The position numbers and the translations under genes were made by a program. Shown piece after piece: positions 38,817 through 52,574 of a DNA stretch of 64,000 nucleotides. A model generated the notes under the pieces. It did no database searches and was not told where the DNA came from. It worked only from the letters and a program-made list of their open reading frames with translations. How positions within the stretch are numbered: position 1 is the first letter of the stretch; every line of letters starts with the position of its first letter. Source of the stretch: Octopus vulgaris (lineage: Eukaryota); NCBI GenBank assembly GCA_951406725.2, contig OX597827.1:29202001-29266000 (forward strand), given 5' to 3'.

Positions 38817-41800
38817 TTACAGATTTACGCTTAAAATAGAGTTGTCTTTCATACTGACCATTTTTGCCACTTTTACCCACTTTTTATTAAAACATTCGTT
38901 CGACAAAGCCTTCCTCTCTATTCTCATCCTCCTTTTCAAGTGGTACTTGAAAAAGTTGACGAGAGACTGACCAGAGAGGAAGGTGTTTATTTGCAGTCCT
39001 TTCAAATGCGTCCACCACACACATTCTTTCGCCATAGCCATCAGCGTAACGAAAACTGTTTTCCCTTCCCGTTTAAAGGAAGATGGTGGAACAATATTCA
39101 CGATAGACTCGGCCGATAAGCGGGGCCCGTCCTACACGCGACAACAGCTGTTCGACGAAGGTCCACAGCTCTGAAATATCTGGACACTGCACGGGTGCGT
39201 GCAGAACGGTTTCGTCGCTCTGACCGCATCTCGGGCAGGTCGGTCCGGTGATGGTTTTCGAACCGTGCCTGTAGCTCTTCTCTCGAACAGGTAGTGCGTC
39301 TCGATAGCATTGCCAAGCCAGGGATTTCTGGAAGTTATCCATAGGCCCCGGCCCGAACGTCGTCCTGACAGGCGGGTTAGGAATTTCTCGTCGACGCCCA
39401 GGTTTGCCCCGAGTGTGTCGTCGGACCTCCCCTCCACTAGTCCTCTATAGAACGCTTTAGTCGTTTGTAAGTTGCACAAGTTTGACCCCGGTCGGCAGAG
39501 CTGCTGTAGAGCTTGGCGACACTCGGTGCCAGTCGCCCAGTTTCGGTCTCTTCTTGATCTACGTTTTCAGTTCGGTCAGTGAGACGAGCTGCGGGAAGGC
39601 GCGCCTCATAAACGGCGCCCACACCTGTTCACCGTCATCGATGAAGTTCCAGAGATGTCGCAGTCTCAGCGCATGCCTGCGCATCATCAACCACTGCATG
39701 CCCAGTCCTCCATTCAACGGATGTTGACAGCAAATGAACTTCCTCACCATCGGAACGCCACCCTTCCACAGGAAGCGGAAGAGTATGCGCTCCAGTTTGG
39801 TGATGGTGGCGTCGGGACAAGGCACGACGGTCAGGCGGTAATCGATCACGGATGCGATGTACGCGTTCGCCACCTCCGCCCGACCTTTTAGAGACATCTT
39901 TCTCTCGGCCCATGTTTGGCTGAGAGCGACCACTCTACTCGTGATCTCGTCCCAGTTCTTATCCATTTGGAGGTCCGGACTGAACCAGACCCCGAGCAAT
40001 TTAACCGGTCCGTCCGTCCACCGTCCCACTACTGAGCCGCAGTCGGACGGCATGGGCTTGCTTTTCCAGGTGCCGAGTAGCAAACCCACTGACTTTTCCG
40101 GGTTAATCTTCGCTCCCGTCACCGTTTCGTATTTTCTTAGTGTCTCGCCTATCATCTGGATGTGTTTGTCGCTCGACACTATGACGGTGACATCATCCGC
40201 ATATGCCGAAACGCTCGTCCCACAACCCAGTTCCCGTGGGATGTCCCTCAGCGTCGCCAGCTTCCGCAGTAGCGGCTCGAGAGTCAATACATACAGAAGC
40301 GCCGACAAGGGACACCCTGACGGACCGAACGCGTGATGTCAAGCGGTTTCGACAGGTGACTGTTCACCCGAATCACCGATCGGATGCCGCTATACAAGGC
40401 AGCGATCCAACCGCGGAAGACGGGACTGAAGCCAGCCGCCCTGAGGACGGCCGCCAAGTACCGATGGTCGACCCTATCGAAGGCTTTAGACTGATCCAAA
40501 TTGATCAGCGCCCCACCCATGCCAGGATCCTTAACTACCCTGTCCACAATGTAGCGCATCAGATGGAGGTTGTCATGCATGGTTCTGCCCGGCACGGCGC
40601 ATGTTTGCGCCCTGTCGACCAGTTTACCAATGACATGCGCCAACCTCTCAGCTATTACTTTGGCCAAAATTTTCAAATCTGCGTTGAGCAGAGTGATGGG
40701 CCTGAAATTATCTATAAAATTCCCCTTGTTTGGGTCTTTCTTCAGCAACGTCACTGCACCTCGGCTCACGAAACCGGGGATTCTCCCGTTTTGTTGCCAG
40801 TTGCAGTAGACTGATGCCAAGAGGTCGCCAAATAAGTCTGGCATTTGACAATACAGCTCGTAGGGCAAACCATCCAATCCAGGCGACTTATCCCTCGCGC
40901 AGCCCGCCATCGCATCCCGCACGTCAGCGGCTGTGATGGGACTTTCACAACTCTCCGCTTCTCTTGCCGAGAGCCGCGGCAGGTCGGTCAGGTAGGCACT
41001 GAAATCCATCCCGCGTTCCGACCCACCACTCGCACCAAACAGTCGAGCAAAGTGCTGTTGAAAGGCCTCACACATCCTTTCGGGTTCGAGTAAACTGCAT
41101 CCCAGTTGATCTATTATAGACTGAATGGTGGCTCTGTTGCCACGCTGCGCCTCCGCTACCCGGTCCTCTCGCGCAGCTTCGATCCCTTCGTTCCTTAAGG
41201 CACACATTTTAGCTCTGACGACGCAACCCTCGTGCTTGGCGTTGAGGTGTTGGTCGAGGGCCATCCTCGCAGCCAGCACGCTGGTTGCGCTGCCAGTGGT
41301 AAGTGCCTCTTCTAGTTTCTCAACCAGGTCACCTTCTACACTATTTCGATCTATCGCTAATTCCTTGCTAAACCTAATTGATTCCGATTTTATTGCCATT
41401 TTCAGGGCGAACCACCAGCGGTTGTTAACGACGGCTCCCGTCAGCGCCCCTCTTAATTAACTCGCTAATCCGGTTCCTGTAAACCTGTCGCGCTAAGAGC
41501 GACGTGTCCAGTTTCCAGTAGCCGGGACCCTGTCTATGTGTCTTATCTAAGTCGAGCGTACACGTCACAAATTTGTGATCTGTGTAGCTGACTATTTTAA
41601 ATTGTGGACATCCTACACTATCCCTATCCGCTGTCCTGCATTGAATTCTATCTAGATAAGATCTCGACGATCCGACGCGGTTTGTCCAAGTCCGCGTTGG
41701 CACGTTCGAATGGTCTAGTCGGAACCTGTCAGACAAATGAAAACGTCTGAGTAGGTCTTTGAGGCACTTACACCCTCTTCTATTCCTATTCATTCCCACA

Positions 41801-42255
41801 TAATCTAGATGCGTGTCCAAGGTAGCGTTCCAATCCCCTACTAACAGTAAAGGTCTAGACGTACCCAGGAAAACCTCTAGACGTCTGAAGAAATCCGCCC
41901 GACCCGTTAAGGACGGTGCATAAACTGCCATCAAACGGAATGCACACCCATTTCTGCCATCCACGTCCAAGACAACCAGCCTACCCTCCGGGTCTAGGAA
42001 TATTGTTCTTACTTTTACATTTAGACTCTTTCGAAAAAGCACCGCGGTACCTCCACCACCCATGTTCGGCAGACAGGGAGAAAAATAAATGTCGAATTGA
42101 TCGCCAAACATGGACGCGAAGGCCCGCGGCTTGCTGAGTCTGGTTTCACTGGTAGCTACTATATCCACGTTCAGTGACTTGATGTCGTTTAGAAGGTAAC
42201 CTTCTTTCCAAGCCGACGCCAAGCCACGCGCATTCACACAACCTAATTTAAGCAT
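38817..42255 (-). pseudogene. Tx1-like ORF2 (APE endonuclease + RT + Cys-rich domain), multiple frameshifts
   Basis: CVNARGL, SETRL, VGDWNA, SYLDRI, YTDHK, PGYWKL; KSPGLDGLPYE, FRPITLLNADLKI, LDQSKAFDRVDH, SVRQG, AYADD; CPRC...ETVLH...C. Confidence 0.92.
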
Positions 42256-42321
42256 AATTGACGTTTAAGTAATTTGTGTTTCACACACTACATTGGAAGA
42301 GACAAGAGGCAAAAGGGAAGG

Positions 42322-44338
42322 TCACTTACTCATTTCGAAAGTTTGAGTTTTTTCTTCTTCTTTTGTAGTGTCTTTGAGGAGCTGTTTGTATAGTTTTTTT
42401 GAGAGGTATCGTTGAAACCCGCCTACCGCATTTGGAAATATTGTTTTCAGTGTATGGTGTTGTGTTTGTGTTATGTGTACAATTCTTATGTGTTTCGGTG
42501 GTGTGGTGCGCGGATGATTATTTGTCTTAAAGTCATCTTCACAGATGTTCGTGTTGGATGCAATGTAATCCATTAATTTTTTATTGTCTGTGTCTATTGC
42601 AGTTAGTTGTGTGTGGTGGTTTTGCGGGTTCATTGATTTTTTAAATTGTCTAGGGGGATGCTGTCCAGAGTTAAATATCTCCCTGCTTTACTTACTTGTT
42701 TGGTGGGCTTTTTTGATCTTTTCCTTTTACCCCCTGTGACTATTTGCCATTCCGTCGAACTTTCGTCGTTGGACGACGAGTCCGACGAATCAGAAAGGGG
42801 TAAAGGCAAAGCATTTGCGTTAATATGTACGCTTGTAGAAATTGTCGATGTTTTGTGTGGTGTTTGTGTTGTTGGGGTGTTAGGGGTAGAATTTGTCTTC
42901 TCGTCACTGTTTTCTGTTTTTTTAGTTGTCGTCCTCGGTGTTGGTGTTGGTCTATCTTTTGTTGGTTCAGTATGTTGAATTGGTTGCGACGTCAACGGTG
43001 ATTGTGTTGGTGCTGCTTCTTTTCTTGGTGATGTTGTTAGGGTTTGTTGGCTGGTTTGTTATTTTTCTTTTGGCATTGTTCCATAATTGAGTGTGTTGTT
43101 GTTGGTGTTGGTGTTGGCAACAAGGGTTTTTTATTTGTTTTCTGATTTGTTCTTTCTTGTTTTTTCTGTGCCAGAGCGCACTTGGCAATTAAATGTTCTG
43201 GGCTGCCACAGTTGTAGCATCTAGGCTTTTTGCCTTCTGCTACAACATATAGGTTTTGCCCATTTTCTAAATGGATCCTATCAGGTAGGTTCTCGATAGA
43301 GGACCCCTCAATCTGGATGGTCACTACTATTGTTTTACCACCCCAATTGTCGTTTTTGCACACGGCGGTTTCTAATATGTTTATCGTTTTCAAATGGTAA
43401 CAGATCGCTCCTGTTATCCATTTGTTAGGTATCTCGGGGGGTACATTTTTAATGCTAATTCTACTCACTCTCTGGGCTTTTGTAATATGGGATCATGATG
43501 ATTTCATCATTTTGCATCCGTAGAGTGAGCTTTTGCCATTTCCTGGTTAGGGAAGCGGACCACCACTGTATTAAACTGGGGGCCCCAGTTTATATATTCT
43601 TTTTTTTCATTATGTTTTTTAAACACTTTTCTATGTCCGTTTTTGTAATCTGTTTATTTTGTTTTTTGTTTTTTTTTTATAATTTTATATATATTTGTCT
43701 TATTTTCTATTTGTTCCTTTATGTGTTGAGGTGTATGCAGCCCTAAATCCTGCTCGGGTTGTAAAGAGTCCTCTCGTTTCTATTAACTCTTCATTCGTAA
43801 ATATTACTATTTCTTTTTTCTGACGCAGGGCGTCAGCGAAATTTATCGTTATATTCTGGCAGTTGTTGTCGTTGTGTGTTTTTGTTGTTGTATCCGAAAT
43901 ATTCTTGTACGTGGCTCTTACAGGTGCTGTTGATTCTATTATATTAATAACTTCACTATTAGATGGTAAAATATTTATTTCATTTTTGTTGTTCTTGTTT
44001 TTGTTAATAGTATTCGCGTGAGTTTCATTTTTATCATTTATGTTGGTCGTGGTGGTGGTGGTGGTGGTGGTGGTGGTGGTGGAGGTGGTGGTGATTGCAG
44101 TAGTAGTCTCGTTGTTGTTGTTGTTAGTGGTGGTGGTGGTGGTGACAGGGCTGTTACCGCAAGTGGTTGCAGCGTTCACTACCACGTCACTCAGGTTTGT
44201 CGAATGTGTGTGCGTGCATAAGTTCTTTTTTTCTCCTAGCGTTTCAAGTCTAGGAAAATGCTGGTCCATAAAAGAACGCGACCAGCGTTCCTTTATAACA
44301 TTTATTGACATTAAAAAATGTCGAGAAGAAAAATACAC
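42322..44338 (-). pseudogene. Tx1-like ORF1 (gag-like, CCHC zinc knuckle), fragmented
   Basis: RISIKNVPPEI...KKPRCYNCGSPEHLIAKC with Thr/Asn-rich low-complexity segments and WQIVTGGKRKR. Spread over several frames. Confidence 0.75.
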
Positions 44339-44510
44339 AAATTAAATAGGGTTGAAACTGCCCCTAGGGGCGATTTCCTCCCTTGGAAAAGCACTCAAAC
44401 GAAAGTTGGGTGCCTTACACACCTTATTTACAAAAATGTACACAAAATATGGGCTATAAATAGTCAAAATAAACGATTACCTTCGGAGCCGAGGTGACAA
44501 CACGTCAGTC

Positions 44511-44542
<32 letters not shown>

Positions 44543-44777
44543 CATACATACATACATACATACATACATACATACATACATACATACATACATACATAGG
44601 TGATTTAATTAGACCGCAGACATATATATTTACTTATATGTATACACACACATATACATGATATTATGTATGTATATATATATGATATTATGTGTATATA
44701 TATATATATATATATATTTTAAAAATATAAATATATGTAAGAATGGAGTTGAACGACGAATTAACAAAATTCCTTTA

Positions 44778-44858
44778 TTTTCGACATGTTTCGAAGGCTG
44801 CATATTACTAATTGCGAAGGAATGAGGAGTACATTATGCCGCTTTCTCATCAGCAAAA
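44778..44858 (-). ncRNA. Type I hammerhead (weakened copy)
   Basis: TTTTG-CTGATGA-GAAAGC...GCCTTC-GAAAC-AT-GTC^-GAAAA. The first stem I pair is mismatched and stem III is 2 nt shorter than in the 46588 copy. Confidence 0.65.
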
Positions 44859-45445
44859 GCAAGGAACTTATGTCAACATCAAAATGCACAGGAAACTTTT
44901 AGATGATTGCTCACACGGAGCCCATAGCGATAATGAGTGTCTCTTTAAAATGTTCCTTTATAAGGAGTGACGTCAAAATGGTTGGATGTAGAAGATTCTA
45001 GAAGGTTCTAAAGGTTCAAAGGTTCAAACGAAGTTGGAGGAGAGAGGCATAAAAATAGGAAGGTGAAAGGGTGCAGGTCGTATGAATGGTGAGTTTTGTT
45101 ATTTTCTTTTGTGAATGAGTGCCTGTGTGTGTGACTGTATATAATGTGTGCGTGTGTGCATGTGTGTGCGTGATTGTGTATGTGGATGGGTAGATGTCAG
45201 AAAACAGACAGTGGTGAGGTGACAGGTTTGTGTCTGTGTGTTTGATGGTGCTTACTATAGATAGAAGGAAAGAGAGAGAGAAAGAGAAGGAAAGAGGAGG
45301 GCGAGGTAGAGGGACAAAGGCAACACATACCTCACTGGGTTGGGTAGTAGTTCCTTGAAAGTATTAAAAAAAAAATTATGGGGGTGAATTATATAAAAAA
45401 AGGAGTTATATTAATTAAAATTCAAGGGGTTATCTATATTAATCG

Positions 45446-46335
45446 TTATTCATATGAGTGAAAGGCGTGTTTTTGCCAGTGCATGCACCTGTAGGATCTC
45501 TCGACGATTGTATTTATTAAAGGGACTTTGGCGAACAAAATATGAAAAAGTTCGGAATTACAGACGCCACAAAGTTTTCTGCCCTTATCAAACGGAAAGG
45601 ACACCGACAATATGGACCATACCAGCTTGAAAGTTGTATTGCTGTCCTTCAGACGCCAAACTAATTTACTTAGTCCCGTGCTGTGTTGTTTTCTCTTATC
45701 TCGGAAAGTTGAATAATGATTGGAGATCCTTTGGGCTAATTTAGAAGAAGTTGCTACAATATAGAAGAAGACATCGGTTCCAGAAGAAATTTTGCACTGA
45801 TAAATGGTGTTTCTAATTTTGGATTTTTTGGATAAGAACTTTAATCTGTTGGGGTTAACCTCCGATACTAAGACAGAGTTTTTCTTGTTATGATAGGTGT
45901 AAATATTGTTGCTAGTATTGGCCACGATACTATTCATCTTATTATCATTACTATTAATAGTAATATCGTCGGCAATTTCTCTGACTATAGGAATGCTGGT
46001 ATTGTTATCATCAATAATACAACTGTTATTAGAAATGCTGTTACTATTACCACTAACACCACCACTGTTAATAATCCGGCTAATATTATTATCATTATTA
46101 CTATTGTTAACGCCAATGCTGCTATGAATGTTGCTAATATCAATACTATTTCTATTATTATTATTATTGTATGTTAGGTTGGAATTGGTAAGGGCAGTGT
46201 CGCTACTCCTGGGTGTTGAGTCCTTATTTAGCAGCTTATTATTATGGGAGGCAATTATCTGCGATAGATTTCTAGTGTTGGAGAATGCAATCCTCACCTT
46301 ATGCGAATTGATAGTAGAGTAATACCTAGAATTTC
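45446..46335 (-). pseudogene. PLE C-terminal linker + GIY-YIG endonuclease fragment
   Basis: High similarity to the C-terminal part of 60431-61792; GIY-YIG-like and CxxC/CxH motifs. Confidence 0.85.
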
Positions 46336-46338
46336 TGT

Positions 46339-46880
46339 TTTTTTTTGGTTTTTTAATACTTTCAAGGAACTACTACCCAACCCAGTGAGGTATGTGTTGC
46401 TTTTGTCCATCTACCTCGCCCTCCTCTTTCCCTCACTTTCTCTCTCTCTTTCCCTCTATCTATAGTAAGCACCATCAAACACACAGACACAAACCTGTCA
46501 CCTCACCACTCATTATCGCTATGGGCTCCGTGTGAGCAATCATCTAAAAGTTTTTTGTGCATTTTGATGTTGACATAAGTTCCTTGCTTTTCCTGATGAG
46601 AAAGCGGCATAATGTACTCCTCATTCCTTCGCAATTAGGAATATGCAGCCTTCGAAACATATGTCGAAAATAAAGGAATTTTGTTAATTCGTCGTTCAAC
46701 TAAATTCCTTCATATATTTATATTTTTAAAATAAACATACAAATTTCCACACGAAAGCACGTAATCTATGTCCTAGGCACGTAACTTCAACCGTGTATTT
46801 TCTGATGTGAATTTGCTACCCAGGTATCGGTTAATTCGAATTAACCATAATAAGATATTTCATTCAATTACTCAAATATT
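46339..46880 (+). repeat. Inverted upstream pLTR copy of the 44718-46338 PLE
   Basis: 46345-46510 and 46510-46730 are reverse complements of 45210-45372 and 44718-44937 (internal deletion). The distal part matches the 59600-59700 pLTR. Confidence 0.85.
46588..46670 (+). ncRNA. Type I hammerhead ribozyme
   Basis: TTTTC-CTGATGA-GAAAGC...GCCTTC-GAAAC-ATAT-GTC^-GAAAA; stem III palindrome ACATATGT. Confidence 0.85.
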
Positions 46881-46915
46881 ATATATATATATATATATAT
46901 ATATGATATTATGTG

Positions 46916-46979
<64 letters not shown>

Positions 46980-47071
46980 AATATATAAGATATATATTAC
47001 ATATTTGTTATACATATGCATGCATACAAACAGATTTATAGATACATATATTATACATATATATAATATAC

Positions 47072-47119
<48 letters not shown>

Positions 47120-47257
47120 AAAAAATAAGCAACAAGAATGGATCGGTTGCTTATTTTTGGGTTATAATCACCCCACATAATTTTATGGATAATACCATAA
47201 AAAAATTCTGATGCATCTAAGTTAAGTACCATATTCATTTGAATCTAAATTGTTTTG

Positions 47258-47321
<64 letters not shown>

Positions 47322-47709
47322 GTGTGTGTGTGTGTTGCGGATATTTGATAGCTAAATATACGGCAATTGTTATCTGCTGCTGCTGTTGTCGCAGCTAGGC
47401 TAGCAAGAGAGACGTTCGTACAGATTCTAGTGTGCACAGATTCTCATAGATAATTAGACAGATTCATTTTACAGAGAAAAGCCTGGCATCCATTATCTAT
47501 TAATGTTCTAGCTATCTTCACAGAAACACGGTGCTGTGATTACTTGATATAGAAGTTTAAATAGACAAAACTACACTTAAAAGAATCCAACATCCGTTTT
47601 CACTAAAGCAAAAGTATACGTGATGTCTCTATAAAACTACATATGCATAAATTCATATATGTGTGTGTATGTGTGTATACATACATATATACATATACAT
47701 ATATGTATA

Positions 47710-47759
<50 letters not shown>

Positions 47760-48009
47760 TATTATATATATGTATATATATATATATGAAGAGAGAGTGA
47801 GAGAGAGAGAGAGAAATATAGATAGATACATATATATACACAGCACACATATAAAAATAGGGATAGTCATATAACTGTATATTTTGATAGATGCGTGGGC
47901 GTATGTGTGTATGTATATATATATATATATATATATATGCATATATATGTGTAGATGCATATATATATATGTGTGTGTGTGTGTATGTATGCATGTATGT
48001 ATATACATA

Positions 48010-48108
<99 letters not shown>

Positions 48109-50028
48109 ATATAAATGATCTTATTCCATCGGTACTTTTATATGATAATAGCTGTTGCTTCGTGGTTGCAAGTGTATTTTACAGCCTTCTGTTCTACTTC
48201 GCCGACAATGATATACCGGATGTTGAATAGATATGTTGTTTAATTTCATTGAGTTTTCGAGATCAGAACATAATTTTGCCTTTATTCCCCTTTGATTAGA
48301 ATAAACACATATCCGTGTTCTGTTGGTATTGTGGAATTTAAGTGTAGGTGGTTTCTGTAACGACAATATAGTACGTGTTGAAAGTTATTGGAACATATTT
48401 AGGAAACATAAACTCTCTTTGCGTTGCTTATATTTAATTATACAGCTAGAATTAGTGATATAAAACGATAAAAATATCAAAATAATTATATGGCGTTCTC
48501 GTGGATTCTTCCTTAACCTGATTCAGTACAAAGAATTCGAAATTGCAGTATGTGAATTCGATTTTGTTAATTATCGAAAATGCGCTTCAGATGAGGGATG
48601 TTAAAACGTTTGTCCTTGCAGGAAGCATAAAGTAAATCTCGCGTACCGGATGGGGGCAGCTATGACTAAAATTTCTATTATAATGTAGACCAAATTAAGG
48701 AGATGAAGGAATGAATATACATTAAAGAAATAGGTCCATATGAGAGGTGCTGTCGTGATAAATAACGCAGTATCTTGTATTGTAAAAGAACTTCCACTTT
48801 TACGTGGTGATAAATATCACCTTATGTATGTGTATGTATATAAAAAATTAAGATTATACGCGCGAGTAAATATATATTGAACATCACCGCTTGACAACCG
48901 GTGTTAGTGTGTTTATGTCCCCATAACTTAGCGGTTCGACAAAGAGACCGATAGAATAAGTATTAGACTTTAAAAATAAGTCCTATGTTCGGTTTGTTCG
49001 ACTAAAACACTTCAAGGCAGTGTTCCAGCATGGCCGCAGTCAAATGAGTGAAACAAGTAAAATAATAAATAAGAAAAAGAAAACGTTCGGTGAACTTTAT
49101 TATTGGGACCAGAAAGAAAATGGCTTTGGTCGCTGAAGACTTCATACAGAAATAAAATGAAAAGAAATTGAAAAAAACATAAACTAAATTTTCATAATAA
49201 TCAGTGGAGCAAGTTCCTGTACTTTCCTAATAAAAATCGCACGGCGTTGTTTTTCATGTCCTGACTGTTGATACCTGGTAATAGGTAGGTCTAATGGTTG
49301 GTTGTGTGAAGAGGCACTGTAGGGGTAATTGTAGCAGGTAGGCCTGTTGATAATAAGGACAGTAGAAGTAATGGCAACAGTTATCGCCCCCTGTTATTTA
49401 TTCATCGAGTTAATAAGAGTAATGTTGTTGATGGCTGTTATTTTCTTTTTTCTTTCTTTTTCTCTATTCTTTACACGCTCCCTCGGGAACATTCTTTGCA
49501 TTATGTGGCAAAATCACAGAGTTTGTCTCTTGTGCGGTTACAGTCCGTGCTAGTCAGAACAGGTTACGCGATTCCCCTACTAGATTAACGGTTCCTGGAA
49601 AAACTGATCTCAATGGAACTGCAGCGATGTAAACTCACCCTAAGAAGCTAGGAGAGTCACGAAATCCACAATGAAGCCTTCACTAAAGACCTTCCACCAT
49701 ACAGTGTGGGAGCAGAAGGATTTGGATACAGTGGGACGGCGTGCGGGAATCTTCAAGGGTTTTGAGTTATTTGAGGCGAGCTGAGTAACTGCAGCTGAAC
49801 AACAAGGGCATGTTAGGAAGGAAAATGCAAACAGAAAAGAAAGGCAAAGAGAACATCTGTTGCCGCATACATGTCCTGCCCACACTGCTAAAGCTATTTC
49901 TGATTTACGAGTTGTCTGCGCATACACGTGATCTGACCCACCCAAGAAAATCCAATAGAATTCATTTGATCGACGGAGAAAGTTAATGCACACACATGCA
50001 TATACATACATGTAAATATATATATAAA

Positions 50029-50340
50029 GGCGCGTGGCTTAGAGGATAGGGCATTCGGCTTATGATCGTGAGGTCGTGAGGTCGTGAGTTCAATTCTCGG
50101 GGCGACTTGTGACCTTGAGCAATACACTTTGTTTTACGCTGCTCCAGTCAGCTGGCAAAAATGAGTGGTACCAGAATTTCAAAGGGCCAGCCTTGTCACA
50201 TTCTGTGTCACACTGAATCTCCCTGAGAACTACGTAAAGGGTACACGTGTCTGTGGTGTGCTCAGACACTTGCACGTTAATTTCACAGGCAAGCTATTCC
50301 GTTGCTCGTATCAGCTGGGACCGTCCTCGTGGAGCTCCTT
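50029..50340 (+). mobile_element. tRNA-derived SINE
   Basis: GGCGCGTGGCTTAGAGGATAGG...GTGAGTTCAATTC head followed by TGACCTTGAGCAA core-like sequence. Confidence 0.7.
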
Positions 50341-51733
50341 TTCCTTCACATATATATATATATATATCCACAGGAAGGACTGGACTTCACAAATACTCTG
50401 TTACTTTGCAGCCAGAAAAGAATAAAAAGGCTTTTAACGTTTCGGATTTTAGTTCTCCAACAGAGCGGAAAGACATAGAGAGATGAGAAAGAAGAAAAGT
50501 CGGTTTCAGATACATGTATGAATGTGTGTATATGTATGGAAATAGCTATACATATATATTTCCATACATATCTATACACACATATATATGTATATATATA
50601 CACGTTTATATATATATACATATTTGGTATACATATGCGTTTGTATGTTTGTGTACGTGTATGTGTATGCATGTGTACACATATGTATCTACATGCATAC
50701 AGTTATTGTCTTTATATGTAATATGTGTGAGAGACTCGAGCAAACAACTAATTTTTTTTCCAGTCTTGTAGTTCTCTATTGACCAAGATAATCAATATGA
50801 ATATGATGCGGATGAAATACAGGTTAAATGTGCATGTATTATTTCATTAAAAATATATGTTTGCCTTGAATCACAGTTAGAAATTGTTTTTGAAGTAATC
50901 TCTGTCTTTCATAAGCTACGTTCGGAAACGTAGATTCCTCTTCCGGAAGTAGTGGCCATTGGTTTCAATTTGAAGACTAAACCCCACTTACGAAGTTGGT
51001 TGCTTTTAGTCTAAACTTCAAACACCTACTTGCAGCTACCGCTAGCTTCAATACGATTTGCGGCCAAGCGGAATATATCCCTTTCATTTTAGGAGCTGTA
51101 TTACTGTATGTTACTGATAATTAATTATTCGTAACATCAAAGGCCTACACTATACTTCTACCTCATAAATTGCTCTCAGAGAGGAAATATTTTAAATGGT
51201 TGCTGTTGATAACGGTAAGTTTTAACCCAACTCATCTACCAACCAATGCTATCTCCGTACAAATGGTTAACTCTATCTGAAAAGAAGTAAAACAACGAAA
51301 ATGTGTTACTATGAAAGAGAAGTTATAAATATTCCTGAAATAAAGTAATTTTCTGAGCTTATATGATTACCATTTATTAATTTTACTAGTTTTAGTCATA
51401 TGTTTGTGGTCAGGCTGGAGCATTACTTGAAAAGGCTTTGTTTTGTTTTTTGCTGCTTTCTTTTTTGCTTTTGTTTTTGTATTGTTTTTTGTTTTTATTT
51501 TGGGGGGTATTTTGGGTTTTTTTTTTTTATTTGAAAATATCGATGAGCAAATTTTGTTTGCTACTTAGGTTTTAGGGAGAAAGACAAATTGGAACCGAAG
51601 AAACGGTTACAAAAGCAAAGATCAGGAGGTTTATGTTTTTTTTTTTTTGGTTGTTATATTTTTTAGAAAATTATACCCAACATTTCATCCAGTTTATGTG
51701 CGTATTTGAGTGTAGACATGTATGAAAGTATGT

Positions 51734-51831
<98 letters not shown>

Positions 51832-51838
51832 TATTTAT

Positions 51839-51890
<52 letters not shown>

Positions 51891-52258
51891 TTATATTTAT
51901 ATGCATATTCCCAATATAGGTTAGTTGAGATACGTTTGTCAGATATTTCAACTGCTATGTGACAGACACGTTTAAGCTAACCTAAATTGTGATTATACGT
52001 AAACACTGCTTTGCGCCATTAATTCGTTATACTCTCACACATACACACACATACACACACACACACACACGCACATATATATATGTATACTATTCCAAGG
52101 AGTATGAACATTTCTAAAAGACAGCTATGCCCAGCCATTTGCAATGAATAGTTCTGAAAGATAACTGAGAGTGAATAATATATATACGTATGTTTGTGGG
52201 TGTGTATGTGTATATGTGTCTATGTGTATTTATGTATGTATATGTGTATATATATGCA

Positions 52259-52292
<34 letters not shown>

Positions 52293-52541
52293 AATATATA
52301 TATAAATAAACTGAGAAATGTGTGTGTGTCTCTTTGTCTATCTATCTGTCTGTGTGCATCACTACAACTCAAGAACTGCCCAACCGATTCCATTCAAATT
52401 TTACACGTACCTTACATAGGAGTCAATGCAGTTACCTCTTGCATTATTTCAAAATTACGTGTCAAATGTGTAACATACATACATGCATACACACACATAT
52501 ATGCATGCATGCATACATACATACATACATACATACATACA

Positions 52542-52574
<33 letters not shown>

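Larger units (their letters stand above)
38522..44510 (-). mobile_element. Full-length Tx1/L1-clade LINE inserted in (GATA)n
   Basis: Two-ORF layout with AATAAA immediately before the 3' junction. (GATA)n flanks both ends (38270-38521 and 44511-44542). Confidence 0.88.
44718..46338 (-). mobile_element. 5'-truncated PLE (GIY-YIG portion + 3' UTR/pLTR)
   Basis: ORF 45446-46297 is a paralog of 60431-61792 (NTIYQC...FYIVATS...RISNH; CGVC...CMH). HHR at 44778-44858. Confidence 0.88.

Noticed and set aside
49540-49790. Possible host exon after a TTACAG acceptor (also 48185-48230, 5890-6440, 52600-53060, 57600-57950)
   Set aside because: Higher-complexity sequence, but stops in all long frames and no recognisable protein motif. 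Cannot be supported without RNA-seq or homology search.
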